A DNA stretch of 64,000 nucleotides from Candidatus Moraniibacteriota bacterium (GTDB taxonomy: Bacteria; Patescibacteriota; Minisyncoccia; Moranbacterales; UBA2206): assembly GCA_049303795.1 (NCBI GenBank), contig JBAQNM010000005.1, positions 222,381 to 286,380 on the forward strand, in the 5' to 3' direction. Within the stretch, counting starts at the first letter, position 1, and each line of letters opens with the position of its first letter. Below, one piece after another: positions 48,354 to 57,189 of the stretch. The position numbers and the translations under genes are program-made. The notes under the pieces are model-generated. The model saw only the letters and a program-made list of their open reading frames with translations. It searched no databases and was not told where the DNA came from.

Positions 48354-49925
48354 CTAGCGTTTAAGCACTTGTCCATTGCGATTACCATTATATTTCCCAT
48401 CTCTAACCACAATCTCGCCATTAACCACCATAAGCTCAAGTCCTTCGGAATATTGATAAGGATTCTCTGTATTTGCTGGACTGGCAATTTTATCCTGATC
48501 AAGCACAATTATATCAGCAAAATTGCCTTTTTTCAATAGTCCACGTTTTTTCAAATTAAATTTAGAAGCTGGGCCTCCAGTCATCTTATTAATTGCCTCC
48601 TCCCAGCTTAACAGTTTTTCCTTTCGGACATATTTTTCCAACACTTTGATAAATGATCCAAAATTACGCGGATGAACTTTCTCTCCTGTCTTGGAATGAA
48701 AAATATCATATCCAGCTCCATTAGTTGCTACAAAAGACAAAGAATTTCTCAAAGCCTTTCTAATATTTTCCTCACTTAAAACTTCAATTGAGGTGATTAC
48801 CATTCCCTCAGATACAATCAAAATATCAATAACCGTGTCCTCAACTGTTTTTTCCTGACTCTTGGCAATTTCCGCGACACTATGTCTTGTCAAAGTTTTA
48901 TTAAGTGGAGATATAGCAATATTAATTTTGGAATAATCAAATTCTGACGCACGCATTTCTTCAATTACTTTCGCGCGAATAACTGGATCTTTTAAGCGAT
49001 GAAGCATTATCTTTTTTCCACCTTCAGAAACCCAAGCTGGTAAAAAAGAATAAAGCACCGATCCAGTCGAGGTGTAAGGATAAACATCAAATGTGACGTC
49101 TATACCCTCTTCCCTTGCCTGTGTAATCAATTTTAAAGCCTTATCCATTTTTGACCAATTTTTTTCGCCAATAACTTTCAAATGTGATATCTGTAATTTC
49201 ACCCCAGATTCTTTAGCAATTTTTAATGCCTCCTTAATTGCCTGCAAAAACTCTTCTTGCTCTGATCTAATATGCGTTGCATAAACGCCGTCATATTTTT
49301 TAACAATCTTAGCTAGTGCCAAAAGTTCCTCATAGGGAGCCAACCTCGCATGTGAATAAATTAATCCCGTAGACATTCCCAAGGCACCTTCTTTCATAGA
49401 TCTCTCTAGATTTTTTTCGAGCAATTCTGTTTCCTCAGGCGAAAGACTACGGACAAGATCACCAATAATACCTCTTCTTAGTGTTGCATGACCAATTAAC
49501 GTTCCAAAATTGGGTGATAATTTTTTTTCAGAAAGGATGGTAAATAAATCTTTTAAACGTAGCCAGTTGATATTTATTTTTTTAACCTCAACCCATTTTT
49601 GAATTGCATCGATCGTTTCTGGCGAAGCTAGTGGTGCAAGAGATGTTCCACAATTTCCCCCAATAATTGTTGTGATACCCTGATAAATTAAACTTTCCAA
49701 ATGTGGTGTTAAAAAAATTCGCCAATATGTATCACTATGATTATTAACATCGATAAAGCCAGGACAAACTATTTTTCCATTAACATCAATTTCTACGGAT
49801 GCCCTCTCATCACGCAATTCACCAATACTTGAAATTAAATCATCCTTAATTCCAATATCAGCACGATAGGCTGCTTCACCTGATCCGTCAATAATTATTC
49901 CGTTTTTAATAATGATATCGTACAT
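48354..49925 (-). CDS. D-aminoacylase-family amidohydrolase (N-acyl-D-amino-acid deacylase-like); start at internal Met MYDIIIKNG
   Basis: ..IIKNGIIIDGSG.. and the metal-binding GFIDVNNHSD motif typical of N-acyl-D-amino acid deacylases / D-aminoacylase. Confidence 0.7.
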   Translation of the reverse strand: MYDIIIKNGIIIDGSGEAAYRADIGIKDDLISSIGELRDERASVEIDVNGKIVCPGFIDVNNHSDTYWRIFLTPHLESLIYQGITTIIGGNCGTSLAPLASPETIDAIQKWVEVKKININWLRLKDLFTILSEKKLSPNFGTLIGHATLRRGIIGDLVRSLSPEETELLEKNLERSMKEGALGMSTGLIYSHARLAPYEELLALAKIVKKYDGVYATHIRSEQEEFLQAIKEALKIAKESGVKLQISHLKVIGEKNWSKMDKALKLITQAREEGIDVTFDVYPYTSTGSVLYSFLPAWVSEGGKKIMLHRLKDPVIRAKVIEEMRASEFDYSKINIAISPLNKTLTRHSVAEIAKSQEKTVEDTVIDILIVSEGMVITSIEVLSEENIRKALRNSLSFVATNGAGYDIFHSKTGEKVHPRNFGSFIKVLEKYVRKEKLLSWEEAINKMTGGPASKFNLKKRGLLKKGNFADIIVLDQDKIASPANTENPYQYSEGLELMVVNGEIVVRDGKYNGNRNGQVLKR

Positions 49926-49935
49926 ATTATTTTTT

Positions 49936-50958
49936 TTATTTATTTGAAATATATTCTGCCATCTCAACAAAACGATTTGAATATCCCCATTCGTTGTCAT
50001 ACCACCCAATAACTTTCACTAATTTTCCATTAGCCATTGTAAGAGGCAAATCCACAATAGCACTATTCGGATTACCTTTAAAATCCATTGAGACTAATTC
50101 CTCCTCGCTCACTGCCAAAATATTTTTCAAACCATTAACTGAAGCTTCCGAAAAAGCATTGTTGATTTCTTCTACTGTAACATCTTTTTTCAATATACCC
50201 ACAAAATCAGTTACGGAAACAACAGGAGTGGGAACTCGCATCGATATGCCATTTAAATTTCCCTCCATACCCTTAAGTGCTTTTGCCACTGTTTTTGCTG
50301 CACCTGTTGTGGTTGGGATAATATTTAGTCCAGCGGATCGAGCTTCACGCAAATCCTTACTGGGAAGGTCCAGGATACGCTGACTATTCGTATATGAATG
50401 AACGGTTGTTAAAAAACCTTTCTCTACGCCAAAATTATCATCCAAAACTTTTATCATTGGCGCTAAACAATTAGTCGTGCAAGATCCATTGGAAATAATC
50501 GCCTCGTCCTTATATTCATTCTCGTTCACACCCAAAAGATACACGGGGGTATCGTCTTTTGCGGGCGCAGATAAAATAACTTTTTTTGCGCCAGCATCAA
50601 TATGCTTCTGAGCTCCTTCCTGACTGTTAAAAACACCGCTACATTCCAAAACCACATCCACTCCCAAATCTTTCCATGGCAAATCGTTAGGATCAGTTTC
50701 CATATAATACTTTATTCTTGTTCCATCAACAATCAATTCAGAATTTTCCTCATCCACTGAAATCTCCTTATCATATTGTCCGTAGCTTGAATCATGCTTC
50801 AAAAGATGCGCAACAGTCTTAATGTCCGTCAGATCGTTTATCGCAACGACTTCAATATCTTCTTTTTCAAACGCAATTTTAAATGATGGCCGACCAACTC
50901 TTCCAAAACCATTGATAGCAATTTTAATCATAAATTTATTATTTAAAAAATTATTCAA
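49936..50958 (-). CDS. gap: glyceraldehyde-3-phosphate dehydrogenase
   Basis: NGFGRIGR-type NAD motif (INGFGRVGR) and active site ASCTTNCLAP. Confidence 0.92.
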   Translation of the reverse strand: MNNFLNNKFMIKIAINGFGRVGRPSFKIAFEKEDIEVVAINDLTDIKTVAHLLKHDSSYGQYDKEISVDEENSELIVDGTRIKYYMETDPNDLPWKDLGVDVVLECSGVFNSQEGAQKHIDAGAKKVILSAPAKDDTPVYLLGVNENEYKDEAIISNGSCTTNCLAPMIKVLDDNFGVEKGFLTTVHSYTNSQRILDLPSKDLREARSAGLNIIPTTTGAAKTVAKALKGMEGNLNGISMRVPTPVVSVTDFVGILKKDVTVEEINNAFSEASVNGLKNILAVSEEELVSMDFKGNPNSAIVDLPLTMANGKLVKVIGWYDNEWGYSNRFVEMAEYISNK

Positions 50959-50963
50959 ACCAA

Positions 50964-51236
50964 TTACATTTCAACATTATTAATTTGCCAATGTTCTCCT
51001 GCTATTTTTTTTATATTAAATTTAATATTTTCCAATGGCGTATTTTTAGTAATACTTTTTAAGCCAAACTCTAAATTTTCAATACTCATATCTTCTGCGT
51101 GTTCAGGATGACCATCATGAGCCAAGCTAACCATTCCGATTTCCAAATTGACACTTTTGATTTTGTCTATTTTTTTCTCTTGAATAATTTTTTTCAACTC
51201 ATCAATTATTTCTTTGGCAAGCATAAAATCATGCAT
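50964..51236 (-). CDS. HypA-like hydrogenase nickel-insertion protein N-terminal domain, lacking the zinc-finger; start 1 nt after the dfx stop
   Basis: MHDFMLAKEIIDEL..IKSVNLEIGMVSLAHDGHPEHAEDMSIENLEFGLK.. resembles the HypA metal-binding N-domain (MHE motif) but no CxxC..CxxC. Confidence 0.4.
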   Translation of the reverse strand: MHDFMLAKEIIDELKKIIQEKKIDKIKSVNLEIGMVSLAHDGHPEHAEDMSIENLEFGLKSITKNTPLENIKFNIKKIAGEHWQINNVEM

Positions 51237-51237
51237 A

Positions 51238-51612
51238 TTAGTTTTTCCAAAGTCCATGCACATTACAATAGGCACGAACGGTAATATGCTCAGCTTCCAA
51301 TAAAAATTCTGCCATCGGTTCATCGCCAGGATTTAGAAATTTTCGATAAGTTCTGTGTTCTGTGATAACCTCAATCCACTCAATATAGTGTTCACTTTCC
51401 ATTGGATGATTGACTTCACCTATATGCACAATTACACCAGAGCTGGTCTTTTCAACAACCGGTTTATGCTTCTCCTGGCCCTCATCTTCTGTTTTTTCAG
51501 TTTTCAATTCCATTGGAGCGCCACAACAAACCAATTCTCCCACGCCAGAGTGAACCATCTCAACGATATTTCCGCAGATATTGCACTTATAAATTTGATT
51601 TATTTCTGTCAT
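51238..51612 (-). CDS. dfx: desulfoferrodoxin (2Fe superoxide reductase)
   Basis: N-terminal desulforedoxin Cys4 (YKCNICGNIVE..CCGAPM) and a C-terminal SOR domain with His4Cys ligands. Confidence 0.85.
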   Translation of the reverse strand: MTEINQIYKCNICGNIVEMVHSGVGELVCCGAPMELKTEKTEDEGQEKHKPVVEKTSSGVIVHIGEVNHPMESEHYIEWIEVITEHRTYRKFLNPGDEPMAEFLLEAEHITVRAYCNVHGLWKN

Positions 51613-51634
51613 ATTTTTATTATTTAAAAATTAA

Positions 51635-52933
51635 TTAATGCACTGCACATGAGATACAAGGATCGTATGCGCGAATAAACGCTCTTAGTTTTTTCTCCTG
51701 CTCCTTGCTTTTTAATTTCAAAATTTGCGGAATATACTCAGCAATATCATCTTCTAAGTTTGAGAGAAATTGAGCAGTAGGCGTAATAATATTTACGTTA
51801 CGAATATAACCTCTATGATCAACCTCCACGTGATAATAAAGCGTGCCACGAGGTGCTTCCACTGCTGCCACGCCAAAACCTTCTCTAATTTCATATTTCT
51901 TAGTTAAAACTTCATTCAAATCCAAATTTAGAAGCTCCATTGTTAATTTTCTCGTTTCTTCAATAGCATGAATTACTTCAACCATCTGAGCTAAGATATT
52001 ATGAAAAGGGTTATAATCAGGAAATTTCCAGTCAAGCTCATTTAAATATTTCCCCGCATTATTTCTCAGTTTAATTTTATTATTATTGATTCTGGCAATC
52101 GCGCCTACCATATAACTCACACCTTTATGCTCAACCCGCTTAATCATCTCTTTTTGTTTTTGCAATTCTAGAAAATTAGCTTCAAATTTTTCAACGGGAA
52201 TATGTAGACCGCGATTAGAAATAATATCACCATCATAAATTGCGTATTCACCTTTTTTCGACAAACAGACATATTCTGTTTCACGATAAAAATCAGGAAC
52301 CTTTATTCTCTTAAAGAACCCTCCCAATTCCAAAGCAATTTGCAAAATATTATCAGAATCTTGTACTATTTTTTTCAATGCTTCGCGATCAGGCGCCTTT
52401 TTAAACCCACCCACTTCATTGGTTAGCGGATGTACCACTCGCCCACCGATTACTTTCACAAGTTCCATGCCATATTCGCGAATCTTAATTGCTTTTTTTG
52501 CTTCTTCAGGATGCTCTTTGACTAATTCGATATCATTATCCATATCCAAAAAATCAGCCAGTGATAAAAAAAATAAATGCAAGGCATGTGAATGAATGAG
52601 CTGCGCATATTCCAAAATTGTGCGCAATTTTTCAGTCTCAGGAGAAACCGAAACACCCATCGCATTTTCCAAGGCTTTAATTGAAGTCAAATTATGCACA
52701 ACCGGACAAATTCCACAAATACGTTGAGCAACGAGTGGCATATCTTGATATTCTCGCCCAATCAAGACGCCTTCAATCAAACGAATTCCCTCTTGCACTT
52801 GAAGTTTTGCCGATTTAACATCACCAGAGATGACACTTGCCATAAAACCAGTGTGCCCCTCCATCTTCGCAATGTGATTTATTTTTATATTCATAATGAA
52901 ATTATAACATATTATACAAAAAAATTCTAACAA
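51635..52933 (-). CDS. [NiFe]-hydrogenase large subunit (group 3-like)
   Basis: L1 motif RICGICPVVH and C-terminal L2 motif DPCISCAVH. Confidence 0.85.
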   Translation of the reverse strand: MLEFFCIICYNFIMNIKINHIAKMEGHTGFMASVISGDVKSAKLQVQEGIRLIEGVLIGREYQDMPLVAQRICGICPVVHNLTSIKALENAMGVSVSPETEKLRTILEYAQLIHSHALHLFFLSLADFLDMDNDIELVKEHPEEAKKAIKIREYGMELVKVIGGRVVHPLTNEVGGFKKAPDREALKKIVQDSDNILQIALELGGFFKRIKVPDFYRETEYVCLSKKGEYAIYDGDIISNRGLHIPVEKFEANFLELQKQKEMIKRVEHKGVSYMVGAIARINNNKIKLRNNAGKYLNELDWKFPDYNPFHNILAQMVEVIHAIEETRKLTMELLNLDLNEVLTKKYEIREGFGVAAVEAPRGTLYYHVEVDHRGYIRNVNIITPTAQFLSNLEDDIAEYIPQILKLKSKEQEKKLRAFIRAYDPCISCAVH

Positions 52934-53001
52934 GTTAAAGCTTACACTCTAAGCAATTCGATTACTGGCAATTTTATTTCATAAAAACTTAGACTTCTTC
53001 T

Positions 53002-53955
53002 TCATTTTATTTTGCAAACTCGTTCCAGCTCAGCAATATCCTCATTAGAGAAAGTAAGCTTTTCCATATTTTGATCACCCATCAAATAATACATAATTGA
53101 TTTTGGATTCTCAACATGTCCCATCCCCAAGCTATGCCCCAATTCATGAATAAGTGTCATGCGTAAATCAGCAACTTGCCTAAATTGATAAATATTAATT
53201 TCCGTCCCAGCATTAACGCCCTTTTCAAACTCCTGAGCTGTTCCATATTTTTCTTTGTAGGTTGATACGTTTGAGTTATAATCATCAACCACTTTTTTTT
53301 CTTGCGAAGCTAAGGCATTAGCTTTTTTGGCAAGTTCATTAACTTCAGCCTGCTCTTTTTGTAATTTATCATAAAAAATATCTAGATCTTTTCTTTCTTT
53401 TTGCAAATCATCCAAATCATTTTGAGATGTTTTATCGCTTTCATTCCATTTTTCAACATCTTTATTATATTGTTTCAATTGATTTTCATATTTAGCTACA
53501 CTAGAGTTATAACTTGCCAAGGCTTTATTATAGCTAATACTTAAAGCATCGTATTGATTATTAATCTTATTTTGTGATAATTTAAGTTGTTCTAGATTTG
53601 TTTCCAGCTCGTCTGTTTCATTTGACTGAATTTGCCTATCATCAAAAATCAAATTAATTTTAAAGCTGGCTTTAGGATTATAGAAAAATACCTTTCTTTC
53701 AAGCTGACCACTCCAAATATTCTGCGCCTCATCAATAATTTTCAAAAAAGAAGCTTCGTCAATGTTAAAGCGTGGGTCAATAATGCCTATTGAATATTCT
53801 ATTGGTTTCGAACACGGTAAACCTAATCCTGTAAATTCTTGGATTTTATTGCCTATCTTTACAGCTTGTTTATTTACCTCAACTTTGTTTTTAAAAATTA
53901 TTCCCCAAACAGAAAAAAGTAGAATAATTATTAGATATTGAAAAAATTTTTTCAT
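53002..53955 (-). CDS. membrane-anchored zinc metalloprotease (matrixin/M10-like HExxHxxGxxH) with a coiled-coil region
   Basis: HELGHSLGMGH zinc-binding motif plus Met-turn (SIMYY); N-terminal TM helix. Confidence 0.6.
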   Translation of the reverse strand: MKKFFQYLIIILLFSVWGIIFKNKVEVNKQAVKIGNKIQEFTGLGLPCSKPIEYSIGIIDPRFNIDEASFLKIIDEAQNIWSGQLERKVFFYNPKASFKINLIFDDRQIQSNETDELETNLEQLKLSQNKINNQYDALSISYNKALASYNSSVAKYENQLKQYNKDVEKWNESDKTSQNDLDDLQKERKDLDIFYDKLQKEQAEVNELAKKANALASQEKKVVDDYNSNVSTYKEKYGTAQEFEKGVNAGTEINIYQFRQVADLRMTLIHELGHSLGMGHVENPKSIMYYLMGDQNMEKLTFSNEDIAELERVCKIK

Positions 53956-53978
53956 TCTTTATAACAACAAATAAGATT

Positions 53979-54866
53979 TTACTTTTTAACTCCCCTCTCT
54001 CGCGCCTCCAAATCATCGCGCAAACCAAAAATTTCAGTCATATTTTGAAATTGCTCATCACTCATCATATTTTTTAGCATTGCACGCATAGCAGGAACAT
54101 TCCCTGTCGGTCGTAGTCCACGACAACCTTGACATTGCGCACGAGAACTTGGACAAGTTGCACCACAACCACCCAAAATCATTGGCCCAAAGCATGGCTT
54201 TTTATCCAATAATAAGCAACGATTTCCTGCTCTCTTGCATTCCACGCAAACGGGGGAATCAGGAATGGTGGGAACATTTCCTTTAAGTAGCTCTGGAGCG
54301 TATTGCAAAAATTCCTCACCATTAATTGGACAACCTGGAAACACAAAATCTACCTTAACAAAATTATCAATCTCGCGGATTTCCGGATTATTAATGCCAT
54401 GGATATATTTATAAACATGCTTGATCGTGCTAACTCCCTCGTGATAATTTTTAATCTCTGGCACACCACCCATTGCCGCACAATTTCCCAATGCCGCCAA
54501 CATTTTTGAACGTTTCCTTGCTTGTTTCAATGTTTTAATATTTTCTTCTGTCACTGGATTTCCTTCTATCAAAACTAAATCCAAAAGACCACCGTCATCT
54601 TCTTCGTCTTCAATCAAACGAAAATCCACTAACTCCACTGTCTTAGCAAAATCCAAAAAACGGGTGCCAAGATCCAACAATACAAATTGACAGCCCTCAC
54701 AAGAAGTAAGACTAATAATAGCCACCCGCGGTTTTTTAAATACTATTTTCTTTTTTGTTACTTTTTTAATTTTAACCTTTTCAGTAGCTGGTTTTATTTT
54801 AGTCACTTTTTTCACTTTTGGTTTTTTAACACTTGTCTTTTTTTCAGACTTTTTTTGAATTTCCAT
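53979..54866 (-). CDS. [NiFe]-hydrogenase small subunit (NuoB-like fold) with a Lys-rich N-terminal extension
   Basis: ..AIISLTSCEGCQFVLLDLG.. proximal-cluster Cys ligands (CxxC..C..GCP) and additional Cys clusters for the medial and distal FeS clusters. Confidence 0.65.
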   Translation of the reverse strand: MEIQKKSEKKTSVKKPKVKKVTKIKPATEKVKIKKVTKKKIVFKKPRVAIISLTSCEGCQFVLLDLGTRFLDFAKTVELVDFRLIEDEEDDGGLLDLVLIEGNPVTEENIKTLKQARKRSKMLAALGNCAAMGGVPEIKNYHEGVSTIKHVYKYIHGINNPEIREIDNFVKVDFVFPGCPINGEEFLQYAPELLKGNVPTIPDSPVCVECKRAGNRCLLLDKKPCFGPMILGGCGATCPSSRAQCQGCRGLRPTGNVPAMRAMLKNMMSDEQFQNMTEIFGLRDDLEARERGVKK

Positions 54867-55050
54867 TGTTTTTAAATGAATTTTTTATTTTTACTATATT
54901 TATTGTAGCATTTTTTACTTAATTTTAAAAATCATCTCTAAATAAAGCTTTGTAACTCTTAAACTTTCTGCTCAAAAAGATTTATAAACAAATAAAAAAT
55001 CCCGGACAGGGATTTTTTATTTGCTTGAAGCGATATAGAAGATTTTATTT

Positions 55051-55995
55051 CTACTGACATTTATTTACGCTGCAAACACCATTTGTTTTTACAGATGCAC
55101 AATCCCTGGTTGATGTTCCAATAGTTTTATCGCTCTTGCAATAATATTCTACAATAGAATTACCGCTACAATGATCATAGGCTGGACTAATTTGCCCTCC
55201 TATAGTTGGAGAAAAACTAACATTACCACCAACTAATGGAGTATTTCCACCATCAGTATCAGAACAACCTACACATTTATTTGTACTACAAGCGCCTCCA
55301 GACAAAATACTACCGCAATCCTTCGTATATGTTCCAAGGGTTTTATCGCTCTTGCAATAATATTCTACAATAGAATTACCGCTACAATGATCGTAGGCTG
55401 GACTAATTTGTCCTCCTATAGTTGGAGAAAAACTGGTATTTCCTCCAACCAATGGCTTGTCTCCACCATCAGTTTCAGAACAACTTCTCGTAGGAGTTGG
55501 TGAAGGCTTAGGCGTTGGTATTGGAGTTGGAGTAATTTTCGGCGTTGTTGTTGGAGTTGGAGTAGGAATCTTATCATAAGTAGGAGAAACAGAAACCCAC
55601 ACAGGCATAGAATACTGCCCAGCAGAATCTTTAACACGTAAAGTTATCCAAACTAAACTTCCTGGGTTAAATGTTTTGGTGCAAGTTTTTCCAGTGCAAA
55701 TAACAGGGCCAGAACCACATTCTCCTTGAGAATTAAACCATTCATATACATATCCAGTGCCTGAACCACCAGTTGCTCTTCCTTTAAAAGTCACCGGCAC
55801 GCCATATTGAACCTTTGCCCCATTTGCTGGATAATCAATATAAGCCGTAGGTCTCGGTAGATTAGGATTGTTTTTTAAGTATCTACCATAAACACCAGCC
55901 ATTATTCCACCAACACTAATCACTGCAATAGCAATTGCCACAATAGTGCCAGTTTTTACTTTTGTTTTAGTTTTTGTTGTTGTCGCTTGTTTCAT
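55051..55995 (-). CDS. secreted Cys-rich protein with a PT linker and a tandemly duplicated about 70-aa Cys-rich module
   Basis: Signal/TM helix; TPTPTTTPKITPTPIPTPKPSPTPT linker; two near-identical modules (SxTDGG..PLVGGN.SFSPTIGGQISPAYDHCSGNSIVEYYCKSDKT.GT.T.DC). Confidence 0.5.
   Translation of the reverse strand: MKQATTTKTKTKVKTGTIVAIAIAVISVGGIMAGVYGRYLKNNPNLPRPTAYIDYPANGAKVQYGVPVTFKGRATGGSGTGYVYEWFNSQGECGSGPVICTGKTCTKTFNPGSLVWITLRVKDSAGQYSMPVWVSVSPTYDKIPTPTPTTTPKITPTPIPTPKPSPTPTRSCSETDGGDKPLVGGNTSFSPTIGGQISPAYDHCSGNSIVEYYCKSDKTLGTYTKDCGSILSGGACSTNKCVGCSDTDGGNTPLVGGNVSFSPTIGGQISPAYDHCSGNSIVEYYCKSDKTIGTSTRDCASVKTNGVCSVNKCQ
55120..55500. repeat. tandem direct repeat (about 216 bp x about 1.8, >90% identical) inside CDS 55051..55995
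   Basis: ttttatcgctcttgcaataatattctacaatagaattaccgctacaatgatc(a/g)taggctggactaatttg(c/t)cctcctatagttggagaaaaact... occurs twice. Confidence 0.8.
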
Positions 55996-56124
55996 TTTTT
56001 TAAATTATTTATTATTTTTATTTAAATTCGGTAATATTAATTTTTTAATATTCACCTACTTTATTTTCACCTGCTAAATTATTTTTATTTATCGCTATTA
56101 TAATATCAAAAAAATACAAAAGAA

Positions 56125-57093
56125 TCAACTCTTGACTTCTCGGTATTCCTTTGCAATCTGAATCACATCCGCAGTTTTTACCTCTGGAGTGAGCTTACAT
56201 TTTTTTGAATCATTATTAATACATCCCATTCTGGCTTTGCTAGATGCTTCATCCATGAGATCTATCGCCTTGTCAGGAAATGACCTATCGGGCAACATTT
56301 TTTCTGATTGGTCTATACAGGTTTGGATAACTTTTTCTGAAATCCTAACATCATGAAAGGATTCATATTTACTTTTAATTCCTTTGAGAATTTCAAAAGT
56401 ATCTTTTTTATTAGGCTCTTTGACAAATATTGGTTGCATTCTTCTCTTAAAAGCCAAGTCGGCATGGAAATATCGGTCATATTCTTCTTTGGTAGTTGCT
56501 CCGATTATTTGCAATTCTCCTCTTGCCATTGCCGGCTTAAAAATATCTCCGACTGAAACCGATTCCCCTGAACTCTCTGCTTGAATAAGATTATGTATCT
56601 CATCAATAAAAAGAATTATATTTCTTTTCGAATTAGATATTTCATCAGTCAGCTTGCGCACTCTTTCTTCAAATTCACCACGATATTTTGTTCCAGCCAA
56701 AAGAGCATTGAGATCAAGCATTAAAACTCTTTTACCAAAAAGACTTGTTGGAACATTTTTCTCGGAAACATTATGCGCTAAGCCTTCAACAATAGTTGTC
56801 TTACCAACACCAGCGTCTCCAATAAGCACAGCGTTATTCTTAGTTCTGCGACTTAAAACCATTATCAAATGATTTATTTCTTTTTCTCTGCCAATCACCG
56901 GATCAAGCTGTTTTTTTCTAGCTAACTCAGTTATGTCTTTTGAAAAGCTGTTTATAATCGGCGTGGTAACAAAAATCTTAGTTGCTTTGTTTCTTGAAAA
57001 TCTAAATAATAAGTATCCCAAAATAACTATTGCGACTATAGCCATCCATGGAATTGGATTATCATATGCAGAAAGTAGATCTATTTTTGTCAT
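56125..57093 (-). CDS. membrane-anchored Clp/Hsp100-type AAA+ ATPase consisting of a D1-like module only
   Basis: N-terminal TM helix; ..NAVLIGDAGVGKTTIVEGLA.. Walker A, ..VLMLDLNALLAGTKYRGEFEERVRKL.., Walker B IILFIDEIHNLI; no D2 module. Confidence 0.6.
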   Translation of the reverse strand: MTKIDLLSAYDNPIPWMAIVAIVILGYLLFRFSRNKATKIFVTTPIINSFSKDITELARKKQLDPVIGREKEINHLIMVLSRRTKNNAVLIGDAGVGKTTIVEGLAHNVSEKNVPTSLFGKRVLMLDLNALLAGTKYRGEFEERVRKLTDEISNSKRNIILFIDEIHNLIQAESSGESVSVGDIFKPAMARGELQIIGATTKEEYDRYFHADLAFKRRMQPIFVKEPNKKDTFEILKGIKSKYESFHDVRISEKVIQTCIDQSEKMLPDRSFPDKAIDLMDEASSKARMGCINNDSKKCKLTPEVKTADVIQIAKEYREVKS

Positions 57094-57189
57094 GTTTATT
57101 TTTTTATTTTTTAAGCAAAATCTGCCAATAAATTAATTATACCACAACTTCCTCTTATCGCAACATTATTATATACTTAAAATACACCC

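Noticed and set aside
48354-50009. The track's 551-aa extent of the D-aminoacylase ORF, overlapping gap.
   Set aside because: The N-terminal 28 residues overlap the gap coding region. The conserved family N-terminus starts at the internal Met (MYDIIIKNG), so the CDS is trimmed to 48354..49925.
50964-51323. Full 119-aa ORF 50964..51323 as called in the track, overlapping the desulfoferrodoxin gene.
   Set aside because: The first 29 codons overlap the 3' end of dfx on the same strand in another frame. An ATG lies 1 nt after the dfx stop and begins a HypA-like MHDF.. N-terminus, so the CDS is trimmed to 50964..51236.
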